NCBI RefSeq assembly: GCF_000008385.1
Contig: NC_006833.1
Location: forward strand, 270,001-302,000
Direction of reading: 5' to 3'
Source: Wolbachia endosymbiont strain TRS of Brugia malayi
GTDB taxonomy: Bacteria > Pseudomonadota > Alphaproteobacteria > Rickettsiales > Anaplasmataceae
DNA length: 32,000 bases
A model generated the notes under the pieces. It was not told where the DNA came from and did no database searches. It was given only the letters and a program-made list of their open reading frames with translations. The translations under genes and the position numbers were made by a program. Shown here piece by piece: positions 1 to 9,388 of this stretch (its first letter is position 1; each line of letters opens with the position of its first letter).

Positions 1-32
1 ATTGTTGGAGGTTTTCATAGTCTTTCCAATCG

Positions 33-1730
33 ATGAATATTTTTAAACGGATTTCCTCCTTAATTTTGAGCAAATTAGATAAGTTGAAGCAAGGGGTATC
101 AAGTGTAACAAATTTTATTGTGGAGCCTCCAAGCAATAGAGCACATGGTGATATTTACACAAATATTGCTATGGTGCTCGCAAAGCACGAAAAGAAGAAA
201 CCTGTGGAAATTGCAGAGGTTTTAGCCAAAGAGTTTGCACTGTTTGATGAGATTGCAAGGGTAGAAATAGCTGGCCCTGGTTTCATTAATATGCACTTAA
301 AAATAGAAGTATGGCATGGGATTTTAGAGCAAATAAACGAGCTAAAGACGGAGTTTGGCACTCTTAACATTGGAAATAACCAGGCTATCAATGTTGAATT
401 TGTATCTGCAAATCCAACCGGCCCACTGCATATTGGTCATGCAAGAGGTGCAGTGTTTGGTGATGTTCTAACAAATTTACTAAAAAAAGTTGGTTATAGG
501 GTCACTAAAGAGTACTACATTAATGATGCCGGAGCACAGATAGATACGCTAGTTCGGTCGGTGTATTTACGATATAAAGAAGCCCTGGGAGAAAAAATTA
601 GCATTGAAAAAGGCTTATACCCTGGTGAATATTTAAAGCCAATAGGAGAGGAGCTAGCCAAAAAATACGGCAGAGAGCTTCTAGAAAAGCAAGATAATCG
701 AGTAATTAGAGAATACACTTTAAGCTCTATCTTAGAACTAATAAAGGAAGGCATGAACTTGCTTGGAGTAAGTCATGATGTCTTTACTTCAGAGTATGAG
801 CTACAAAAAAGTGGTAAGATCGAGAAAAGCATAAAGCTGTTGTCTGATAAGGGCTTAGTATATGAAGGATACCTAGAAAAACCAAAAAGTAAAGAGAGTG
901 AAAACTGGACTTCCAGAAAAGAGATGTTATTTCGTTCTACAGAGTTTGGTGATGATGTTGATCGTGCACTGAAAAAAGAGGACGGCAGTTGGACTTATTT
1001 TGCCTCAGATATTGCTTACCATTTCGATAAGATATCACGTGGTTTCAACAATATGATAGTAGCACTCGGTAGTGATCATGGTGGCTACATCAAAAGGTTA
1101 AAAGCGGTTATCTCTGCGCTGAGTGATAATCAAGCAAAAATAGAGGTAAAACTTCATAACGTTGTGAATTTTTTTGAGAATGGAAAACCCGTTAAGATGT
1201 CTAAAAGATCAGGAAACTTCCTGACAGTAAGGGATGTGGTAGAAGAAGTCGGTAGGGATATTACTCGTTTTATAATGCTAACGCGCAAGAACGACATGGT
1301 TCTTGACTTTGATTTTACTAAAGTTAAAGAGCAATCAAAAGACAATCCTATTTTTTATGTGCAATATGCGCACGTTCGTGCTCATTCATTGATGCGCAAC
1401 GCTCCAAAAGAGCTCCCAAAAGCGAATCCTTCACTCCTAAAGACTAATGGAGAGCTCTTCCTCATAAAAACCTTGGCAAAGTGGCCAGATGTAGTAGAAA
1501 CTGCAGCAAGGCTTTGTGAGCCGCACAGAATCACTTTCTATTTGCTTGAAGTTGCAGAAGCATTTCACATTTTATGGGGTTATGGCAAGAGTGATTTAAA
1601 TATGCGGTTCATACTGGAGGACAACCCAAACCTCACCGCTGCAAGAATGTTTCTCGTACAAGCCTTAGTACACGTCATCGCTTCTGGACTTTCCATGTTT
1701 AACATAGAGCCTTTGGAAGAGATGAAGTAA
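33..1730 (+). CDS. argS: arginyl-tRNA synthetase
   Basis: 565-aa ORF with class I aaRS signature 'EFVSANPTGPLHIGHARGAVFGD', 'YYINDAGAQ', and a KMSKR motif ('PVKMSKRSGNFLTVRD'). Confidence 0.98.
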   Translation: MNIFKRISSLILSKLDKLKQGVSSVTNFIVEPPSNRAHGDIYTNIAMVLAKHEKKKPVEIAEVLAKEFALFDEIARVEIAGPGFINMHLKIEVWHGILEQINELKTEFGTLNIGNNQAINVEFVSANPTGPLHIGHARGAVFGDVLTNLLKKVGYRVTKEYYINDAGAQIDTLVRSVYLRYKEALGEKISIEKGLYPGEYLKPIGEELAKKYGRELLEKQDNRVIREYTLSSILELIKEGMNLLGVSHDVFTSEYELQKSGKIEKSIKLLSDKGLVYEGYLEKPKSKESENWTSRKEMLFRSTEFGDDVDRALKKEDGSWTYFASDIAYHFDKISRGFNNMIVALGSDHGGYIKRLKAVISALSDNQAKIEVKLHNVVNFFENGKPVKMSKRSGNFLTVRDVVEEVGRDITRFIMLTRKNDMVLDFDFTKVKEQSKDNPIFYVQYAHVRAHSLMRNAPKELPKANPSLLKTNGELFLIKTLAKWPDVVETAARLCEPHRITFYLLEVAEAFHILWGYGKSDLNMRFILEDNPNLTAARMFLVQALVHVIASGLSMFNIEPLEEMK

Positions 1731-1799
1731 ATAAAAAAATATAAAAAAACTCTAACCCACTTGTGTATTAAGCTGCAACCGTATAACGTTTCTCTTTCC

Positions 1800-2830
1800 T
1801 GCTGTTGATGATTATTTTACCTGTTGTAACTACTGCTAAAATAAAGCGATAATACACCTTGGGTTAATAAAGAAATAGGTGGCACGGAAGCTATACTACC
1901 TGCCAGCAATAGTTGAGAACCATAAGGTAAGATGTCTTTTATAGTAGAGTAAAAATATCCAGTAAGTATACACTCATTACAGTACAATATTATGCTCTGT
2001 GCAAGTCTTTTTGTAATATTATCACTTAGTGAAATATCTATGGTGTTATTAGCAACTAAAATAGTAAACATAGATGCTGTACCTGCTATAAACTGTTGTT
2101 ATTTTGTTTACTTTTTTAAAACTACCTTGTATGTCATTAGAATATTAAATTACAGTATAGTCAGGAAAAGTTGTTCCTAGTACACCAGCAATAATTATGT
2201 TTACAGTTGTTGTCGCTAGAGTGCTCTCTTTAAACAAACCCATAATCATTAGAGAAACATAGGGAATAACTTTTGCTATTGATAAATAATCTAAATTAGA
2301 TGTAAGAACAAATTCTATACTATGTGAGGTAACTGCTGGTAGATAAGTGTTATAATGCTTGAAATAAACGCAACTTTTAAATTTGCTTTAAGTTTTTCTC
2401 TTACCAAAGCTCCTTGTGAAGAAATAGATGCAATAGTAGTATCAGATTATAATTGAAAGGTTGTCACTAAGTACAGCATCACCTACCCAGCCGCAGTTCC
2501 TATTTCAAGATCAAAAGCTCCATTTTTCGCTAAGTTAACAGCCATTGGTACCATTAATGCAATAACTTCCATAGATCTGCTAATTGCAGTTGAAATAAAA
2601 GCGTAGGCTAAAAATATTCCAGGCAGTAGTAATTTTGCTAGAGGAAAGTTAAGAATTAAGTTAGCAACAGTATCTGCGCTACTAATTGATTGAGTAATTG
2701 CAGAAAGTGCTCTGGAAGACAGAAAAGTTAAACACATAGTAAGAGCGTTTTTATTACCCATGCCCTCGATAACAGTAATTGAAGTTGCGCTGAATCTTAT
2801 TTATACTAGGGAGATGGCAGAAAAAAAAGT
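1800..2830 (-). pseudogene. degraded Na+/H+ antiporter (NhaC-like) family protein
   Basis: Minus-strand fragments in N-to-C order but in separate ORFs: 2761-2483 ('TVANLILNFPLAKLLLPGIFLAYAFISTAISRSMEVIALMVPMAVNLAKN') and 2071-1817 ('IKDILPYGSQLLLAGSIASVPPISLLTQGVLSLYF'). Antiporter-like translated sequence lies between them ('LDYLSIAKVIPYVSLMIMGLFKESTLATTT'). Confidence 0.6.
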
Positions 2831-3241
2831 GCTGGTAACAAGTAGATTACTGGTGAAACTTGATGAAGTGGATTGCTAATTCCGATAAAGGAAAAATAAG
2901 TACCACTTCAAAGATACAACATAAAAAATAACTAGAGAAAAAAAAGCTGTCATTTTACTGTACTTAAAACTTAGAAAGTGTAACTAGTTAAGTGGGCTTT
3001 TTAAGCAAGCACTAATATTTGGGTTTCGCTAATCATGCAGGAAACCGACAGCAGAGTTTTGAACTCTATATTCAATCTGTTTGCTAGATGGTACATGTAG
3101 TTCTTGACAATAGATCCTACTAAGCTCCAGCTCCGCTTACTGAAATGACATCCTAACAAGTGATTTCGTAGAGTATATTTTGTGCTATACTTTCTTATGT
3201 CATGCAAATAACTGACACTGGTGTTTATCCAAATAGAGTAA

Positions 3242-4411
3242 ATGGGGAATATAAAAACCATATCAGTAAAAGATAATAACGTTAGACTAGACAGGTACAT
3301 CAGAAGAATCTTTCCCAATTTAAAGCAATCCGTAATTGAGAAGTCTTTAAGGAGAGGACTGATCAAAGTTAATGACTGCAAAGCTAAGTCTAGTGATAGA
3401 GTAAACTCTGGACAAATTATAACGATAAAATACTTAGATTATATTGAAAACGCTAATTCTGACTGTAAACATAATGAAAAGTTGGTAGAGCTGTTAAGAA
3501 GCAACATATTATATGAGGACGAATATATATTAGCCATTAACAAACCTGCAGGAGTAATTGTTCAAGGTGGCATAAAAGTAAAGATTAGTATTAGTGATTT
3601 GCTTGATCAAGTCAGAGAGGGAGAAACATTTAAAATTGTCCATAGACTAGATAGAGACACAAGTGGAGCAATAATATTTGCACGTAATGCTAATGTTGCC
3701 AGATACCTTATGGAGGAATTTAAAGGACGGAGAGTAAAAAAAACTTACTTAGCATTAACCTCTGGCATACCAAGTAAGAATAGAGGAGTAATAGACTACC
3801 CATTGGTGAAGAAATATGTTTCAGGCCAAGAGAAAGTGGTCATTGACAAAAATTCACCCCAGGATGCCACTACGCGTTTTTCGATTATAGCAAAATTTAA
3901 ACTCAATAAACCTCTCGTGCAACGCCCTATTATTCAAGTAGCTGATACACAGCTGTACGAACATTGTAATTTAAGTCTATCAAGAGTGTGTCATCTAAGC
4001 AGCCTTTCTTCCTGTTACTCCAGTGCTCTCCTTTGTCATCTCAGTGCCCCGATACTGGTATCCAGCAAAACTGATCATAAACAAGCACACTATACAACAT
4101 TTTCAATCAAAAAACTGGATTCCAGTATCATGTGCCGGAATGACACCAGATCGGTTGCTTATTTAAAATTACAGCCAATTACCGGCAGAACTCATCAGTT
4201 GCGCACACATTTAGCCTATATAAACTGTCCTATTCTTGGTGACGGTAAATATGGTGGTAAAAAAGCTTTTGTTGATGGCATAGCGAGTAAAATCCATCTC
4301 CACTCATATTCTTTATCTTTAAAACTACCAAATAATAAAAAAATCACTATTACTGCCCCTCTCCCTGAGCACATCAAAAAGTCCATTGAAGCACTACACA
4401 CTCCCTTTTGA
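3242..4411 (+). CDS. rluC: RluA/RluC-family 23S rRNA pseudouridine synthase, with an in-frame repeat-derived insertion
   Basis: S4-like N-terminus ('VRLDRYIRRIFPNLKQSVIEKSLRRGLIKVND'), catalytic 'IVHRLDRDTSGAIIFARN', and 'LQPITGRTHQLRTHLAYINCPILGDGKYGG'. The ~75-aa stretch before 'AYLKLQPITGRTHQLR' does not look like the family. Confidence 0.9.
   Translation: MGNIKTISVKDNNVRLDRYIRRIFPNLKQSVIEKSLRRGLIKVNDCKAKSSDRVNSGQIITIKYLDYIENANSDCKHNEKLVELLRSNILYEDEYILAINKPAGVIVQGGIKVKISISDLLDQVREGETFKIVHRLDRDTSGAIIFARNANVARYLMEEFKGRRVKKTYLALTSGIPSKNRGVIDYPLVKKYVSGQEKVVIDKNSPQDATTRFSIIAKFKLNKPLVQRPIIQVADTQLYEHCNLSLSRVCHLSSLSSCYSSALLCHLSAPILVSSKTDHKQAHYTTFSIKKLDSSIMCRNDTRSVAYLKLQPITGRTHQLRTHLAYINCPILGDGKYGGKKAFVDGIASKIHLHSYSLSLKLPNNKKITITAPLPEHIKKSIEALHTPF
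3913..4153 (+). repeat. palindromic repeat-like insert inside rluC
   Basis: Imperfect inverted arms: 4035-4064 (gtcatctcagtgccccgatactggtatccag region) and 4115-4144 (ctggattccagtatcatgtgccggaatgac), separated by ~50 nt. Outer boundaries estimated from where RluC-like sequence breaks and resumes. Confidence 0.65.
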
Positions 4412-4442
4412 GTAACAAATGCTAGCTTGCAAAGCAGTGGCT

Positions 4443-4680
4443 TAAAAAAAGGCAAAAGAAGTCCTGTGGTGGCTAGTTATTTACTATGTACTTTCAATAT
4501 TAGCGTTTTTTATTCCAAACGCTTAATGATTAGCTGCTTTTTAAATTGCGACTAACCTTTAGCTGTAAATATTTAAGAAATTTACTAAGTAAAAAAAAGG
4601 CAAAAAAATCCCCGTGGTAGCTGGTTATCCATTATCATTTTATCAGTTGGCGTTTTTTTAATGTTTTTAGCGCTCAGCAA
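4443..4680. repeat. diverged intergenic direct repeat, two copies
   Basis: Copy 1 (~4445-4515): 'aaaaaaaggcaaaagaagtcctgtggtggctagttat...agcgttttttattcc'. Copy 2 (~4590-4665): 'aaaaaaaaggcaaaaaaatccccgtggtagctggttat...ggcgtttttttaatg'. Confidence 0.5.
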
Positions 4681-4871
4681 GCACGATTTACAGCACTAGC
4701 TAATAATGTAGACAATAATATAAAAGACATGAGGTGCACACAATGCAAAAAATTAAACATGAGACGCCAGATATGTTAAGTTTTTTTCGTTTGATCTGTA
4801 CAGAGAAGGTAAATAACTAACTTCAGTGTTATGGGAGCTGGCGAAGTTTATCAAAGAATTTTATGTTTAAT

Positions 4872-5861
4872 CTACAATGAACGACTGGCAGACTTGTAAA
4901 CGTCAGTATATAGCTCATCAATGTTTGGCTCTTCACTATTTTTGGAAAAACCTTCTGACTTTTTCACTAAATCACGTATTTCCTTGTCAATTGCTTTACA
5001 TTCTTCCTCTGAAGCAATTTTATTATCTATAATGCACTTCTTTAAAGTGCTTATAGGATCATGATTTTGCTTCATATCTTCAACTTCTTCTTTCGAACGA
5101 TAAGTAGCAGGATCTGACATCGAATGGCCGCGATATCGATATGTCTCCATTTCAAGTAAAATAGGTCCTTTTCCGCTACGCGCGTACTCAGCTGCTTCGC
5201 TTGTAGCCGCATAAACAGAAAAGAAATCCATTCCATTAACTTGCTTCCCAGGAATACCAAAACTCTCCCCTCTCTTATATAGCTCAGTTACTAAAGTTGA
5301 CCTTTGCACGGAGGTTCCCATCGCATATTCGTTATTTTCTATGATGTAAACCACAGGTAACTTCCACAAAGATGCCATATTAAATGATTCATACACTTGC
5401 CCTTGATTTGCAGCACCATCACCAAAATACGTGAATACCACATTATCTTTTTTCTTATATCTATTAGCAAATGCTATTCCTGTGCCAATTGGAACTTGTG
5501 CACCCACTATTCCATGTCCACCAAAGAATTGCTTTTCAACATCAAATATATGCATTGAGCCACCTTTACCTTTTGAACACCCAGTTTCTTTACCGGTCAG
5601 CTCTGCCATCACAACATCTGGATTGGAGTCACATGCAAGCATTAAACCATGGTCCCTATAACTTGTGACAAAAGCATCACCAGGTCTTGATGCAGCGTAA
5701 GTCCCAACTGCAACTGCTTCTTGTCCTATTGATAGATGACAAAATCCACCTATTAGTCCCATTCCATATAATTGCCCTGCCTTTTCCTCAAATCTGCGTA
5801 TGAGTAGCATTTTTCTGTAAAATTCAATTACCTGCTCTTTAGTGAAATTTTCTGCTTTCAT
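4872..5861 (-). CDS. pdhA: pyruvate dehydrogenase E1 component subunit alpha
   Basis: 329 aa with TPP-binding E1-alpha signatures 'GGFCHLSIGQEAVAVG', 'GGKGGSMHIF'-like 'KGKGGSMHIFD', 'YFGDGAANQGQVYESFNMASLWKLPVVYIIENN', 'YRYRGHSMSDP'. Confidence 0.97.
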   Translation of the reverse strand: MKAENFTKEQVIEFYRKMLLIRRFEEKAGQLYGMGLIGGFCHLSIGQEAVAVGTYAASRPGDAFVTSYRDHGLMLACDSNPDVVMAELTGKETGCSKGKGGSMHIFDVEKQFFGGHGIVGAQVPIGTGIAFANRYKKKDNVVFTYFGDGAANQGQVYESFNMASLWKLPVVYIIENNEYAMGTSVQRSTLVTELYKRGESFGIPGKQVNGMDFFSVYAATSEAAEYARSGKGPILLEMETYRYRGHSMSDPATYRSKEEVEDMKQNHDPISTLKKCIIDNKIASEEECKAIDKEIRDLVKKSEGFSKNSEEPNIDELYTDVYKSASRSL

Positions 5862-5927
5862 CTTGATTTCTTTTTCGTTAAACTGAGATAATATCAGAAA
5901 TTTTTAATATCTTGTAACAATATCTAC

Positions 5928-6356
5928 ATGGATTATTACCACTGGCTCGAGGCTTTTCATATTATTTCCGTCATTATGTGGATGGCAGGTATGCTTTATT
6001 TGCCTAGGCTGTATGTTTACCACGCAACTGTAAAGCCAGGATCAGAAAGTGACAGCTTACTTCAAACAATGGAAAGGAGATTTTTAAGATACATCATAAA
6101 CCCTGCAATGCTTTTTTCACTCAGTTTTGGGATTGCATTAATGATTATTAGGGAAGCGTACCGCGAAGGGTGGTTTCATGTAAAAGCACTAGCATTGTTT
6201 TTTATGTTTGGTATTCATGGGCTACTTGCAATGCACAGGAAGAAGTTTGCAATGGGTTCAAATGAAAAGAATCACGTTTATTTTCGCGTTTTAAATGAGA
6301 TGGTAACGGTATTGATAATAATCATAGTTATTATGATTGTTGTGAAGCCGTTTTAG
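5928..6356 (+). CDS. hemJ: CopD/HemJ-family membrane protein, likely protoporphyrinogen oxidase HemJ
   Basis: 142 aa, multiple TM segments, HemJ-like N-terminus 'WLEAFHIISVIMWMAGMLYLPRLYVYH' with conserved His, and 'GWFHVKALALFFMFGIHG'. Confidence 0.88.
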   Translation: MDYYHWLEAFHIISVIMWMAGMLYLPRLYVYHATVKPGSESDSLLQTMERRFLRYIINPAMLFSLSFGIALMIIREAYREGWFHVKALALFFMFGIHGLLAMHRKKFAMGSNEKNHVYFRVLNEMVTVLIIIIVIMIVVKPF

Positions 6357-9025
6357 TGGATACTGTTTATGTGAAATATGTTTGTCAAGAAAAACCAGAA
6401 ACAATGGAAGAAAAGTTAATATACTACTTTAGTCAGGACAAATGTGAAGGGAATGCAGAAATGAAAAGTCTGCTAGGAGGGAAGGGAGCAAATCTAGCAG
6501 AAATGTGTAACATTGGTATTCCCGTTCCACCTGGTTTTACAATTTCCACTTCTGCTTGTAAAAGTTATTACCAAGGTAATGGACTATCTGACGACCTATG
6601 TAGCACAATCAAAGAATACATGACAATGCTCGAAAATGATATTGGTTGCAAATTTGGAGATTCAAATAATCCCTTATTAGTTTCAATACGTTCCGGTAGT
6701 GTTAATTCAATGCCGGGCATGCTCGATACAATTTTAAACGCTGGCTTAAATGATACAACCGTCATTGGTCTTGCAAAAAAAAGCGGAGAACGTTTTGCTT
6801 ACGATAGCTACTGCCGTTTCATCATGATGTATTCCAATGTTGTATTACAACTCGACCACCAACTATTTCAAAGCATTATTGATAACGAACGACAAAAAAA
6901 TGGAGCAAAAAGTTTAGCTGATCTTAATGTTGATGTTTTAAAGAGGATTGTTTGCGATTTCAAAAAGATAGTGCATGAAAAAACAGAGAAACATTTTCCG
7001 CAGGACATTGAAGAGCAGCTGCTAAGCTCAGTAAATGCAGTGTTCGCTTCTTGGCAAAATGAAAGAGCTGTTTCCTATAGAAAAATACATAATATTCCTG
7101 AAAACCTTGGAACTGCAGTTAATGTACAAGCGATGGTTTTTGGTAATCTGAATAATAATTCCGCAACTGGTGTGATATTTACACGCAATCCTTCAACTGG
7201 AGAAAAAAAATGTTTTGGTGAATTCTTGGTCAATGCTCAAGGTGAAGATGTGGTTTCTGGTGTCTATACTCCTATACCGATTAATGGGAAGCAAGAAAAC
7301 ACCATGGAAAAGTTAATGTTAAGCGTTTATCAAGAATTATGTGAGGTATGTAAAAAACTTGAGGTGCACTATAAAGACATGCAAGATATCGAATTTACTG
7401 TGCAGGGCGGCAAGTTATGGATTCTACAAACTAGATCTGGTAAGCGTACAGCTGAAGCTACTGTTCGTATAACAGTTGATATGGTAAACGAAGGAACAAT
7501 TACAAAAGAAGAAGGAATACTAAAAATCGATCCAAAAATTTTTGATAATTTATTACATCCAGTCCTCGAAGCTAGAGGCGATCAAAAAGTAATAGGGAAG
7601 GGACTGCCAGCTTCTCCAGGTGTTGCTTCAGGATATGTAGTTTTCAGCGCAAGTGATGCGGAAAAAGCTGCAGAACAGGGCAAAAAAATAATTTTAGTAA
7701 GGCTAGAAACGAGCTCTGAAGATATCAACGGAATGAATGCTGCAAGTGGTATAATAACAGCACGAGGAGGAATGACTTCGCATGCTGCCGTTGTAACCCG
7801 CGGGATGGGTAAACCATGCATTTGCAGTGTAAATGGACTTCATATCGATAAAAACGGAAATTTCTTTTCTGTAGGAGATACAACAGTAAATAAAGGGGAA
7901 CCAATAACCATCAATGGAGGAACAGGTGAAGTTATGCTCGGCATCCTTCCCACAATTTTACCTGAGTTGTCGCAAGAATTCAAAACGATAATTAACTGGA
8001 TAGATGAAACTAAAATGATTAAAGTGAGAGCGAATGCTGATACTCCAAAAGATGCAAAAATTGCTAAAGAATTCGGTGCTGAAGGCATAGGTTTATGCCG
8101 TACAGAGCATATGTTTTTTGCTAGTAACAGGATTGAGTTCATTCAAAGATTGATAATAGCTGATGACAAAACCGAAAGAGCAAGTGCATTAAGCAAGTTA
8201 GAGGAAATGCAAAAGTCCGATTTCAAAGAGATATTTTCCATTATGGGGGGCAGGGAGGTTACTATACGTTTGCTTGATCCACCTCTACATGAGTTTTTAC
8301 CCGATAATCAATCTACTATAGAAAAGATTGCTAAATCACTGAATAAGTCAGTTGAATCAGTAAAAAACAAAATAGTACAGTTATCAGAAAAAAACCCAAT
8401 GCTTGGCCACCGAGGCTGCAGGCTTGCCATTTCTCATCCTGAAATATATAGCATGCAAACCAGGGCAATACTTAGTGCCGTGGACGAGTTAAAGAAGGAA
8501 AAAAAGGCAGAAGTTAAGCCAGAAATTATGATTCCTTTTATCATGAGCGAAAAAGAGTTTATCTTGATATGCGAGTTATTAAAAAAAGAGGCTAAAAATT
8601 TCGATGTGAACTATTCAATTGGAACGATGATAGAGCTACCACGGGCAGCACTGATTGCTGATAAGTTAGCAAAATATGCAGAGTTTTTTAGTTTTGGCAC
8701 TAATGATTTAACGCAAACAACTATGGGGCTCTCAAGAGATGATTCAGTTAGTTTCCTCAATTCTTATAAAGAAAATAATATATTTGAAAACGATCCATTT
8801 GAAGTACTAGATGTCGAAGGGGTAGGGGAGTTAATTAAAATAGCTATTGAAAGAGGGAAAAAAACCCGAAAAGAAATTAAACTTGGTGTATGTGGAGAGC
8901 ACGGAGCAGATCCAAGATCCATAGAGTTTCTTATCAAGTCAGGGGTAAGTTACATCTCATGTTCACCTTATAGAGTACCAATTGCAAAGCTTGTGGCGGC
9001 TCAGAAATCTAAGTGTGTTGGATAA
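6356..9025 (+). CDS. ppdK: pyruvate, phosphate dikinase
   Basis: 889 aa; 'GGKGANLAEMCNIGIPVPPGFTISTSACKSYY', catalytic His region 'GGMTSHAAVVTRGMGKPCI', and C-terminal 'FSFGTNDLTQTTMG ... VCGEHGADP'. Start overlaps the hemJ stop by 1 nt. Confidence 0.97.
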   Translation: MDTVYVKYVCQEKPETMEEKLIYYFSQDKCEGNAEMKSLLGGKGANLAEMCNIGIPVPPGFTISTSACKSYYQGNGLSDDLCSTIKEYMTMLENDIGCKFGDSNNPLLVSIRSGSVNSMPGMLDTILNAGLNDTTVIGLAKKSGERFAYDSYCRFIMMYSNVVLQLDHQLFQSIIDNERQKNGAKSLADLNVDVLKRIVCDFKKIVHEKTEKHFPQDIEEQLLSSVNAVFASWQNERAVSYRKIHNIPENLGTAVNVQAMVFGNLNNNSATGVIFTRNPSTGEKKCFGEFLVNAQGEDVVSGVYTPIPINGKQENTMEKLMLSVYQELCEVCKKLEVHYKDMQDIEFTVQGGKLWILQTRSGKRTAEATVRITVDMVNEGTITKEEGILKIDPKIFDNLLHPVLEARGDQKVIGKGLPASPGVASGYVVFSASDAEKAAEQGKKIILVRLETSSEDINGMNAASGIITARGGMTSHAAVVTRGMGKPCICSVNGLHIDKNGNFFSVGDTTVNKGEPITINGGTGEVMLGILPTILPELSQEFKTIINWIDETKMIKVRANADTPKDAKIAKEFGAEGIGLCRTEHMFFASNRIEFIQRLIIADDKTERASALSKLEEMQKSDFKEIFSIMGGREVTIRLLDPPLHEFLPDNQSTIEKIAKSLNKSVESVKNKIVQLSEKNPMLGHRGCRLAISHPEIYSMQTRAILSAVDELKKEKKAEVKPEIMIPFIMSEKEFILICELLKKEAKNFDVNYSIGTMIELPRAALIADKLAKYAEFFSFGTNDLTQTTMGLSRDDSVSFLNSYKENNIFENDPFEVLDVEGVGELIKIAIERGKKTRKEIKLGVCGEHGADPRSIEFLIKSGVSYISCSPYRVPIAKLVAAQKSKCVG

Positions 9026-9388
9026 GCGGAAAACAATAGCAAATGGTACGTACTATTCCAGGGCGTACTGCACGAATTGCAATATTTCAGAATAAATGTA
9101 TACCAAAAATGCAAAAAAAACACTTGACAAATCTTACCAGCCTCTTTATTATAAATAATAAAGTTGTTTTGTAATTCAAAGTCTAGGTGTATATTTAATT
9201 TCTATGGTATTTTTCCTATATTCTTTCTAGATTTTTTTTGTAGTAGAGTTGGTTTATTGTACCTAATATTATGTGTTGTACTTATCAAGCGTTTAAGGCA
9301 GTATAGAACACCAATTTTCAGGATTAGAAAGTAAATAACTATCTACTATGCGGATTTTTTTACCTTTTTTCTACTTATTAAATTTCTT

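Noticed and set aside
3001-3381. 126-aa minus-strand ORF
   Set aside because: Overlaps the rluC start on the opposite strand, has no recognisable motif, and has biased composition from AT-rich antisense reading.
7582-8142. Minus-strand ORFs of 79 and 100 aa
   Set aside because: Fully antisense to the strongly supported ppdK CDS; no family features.
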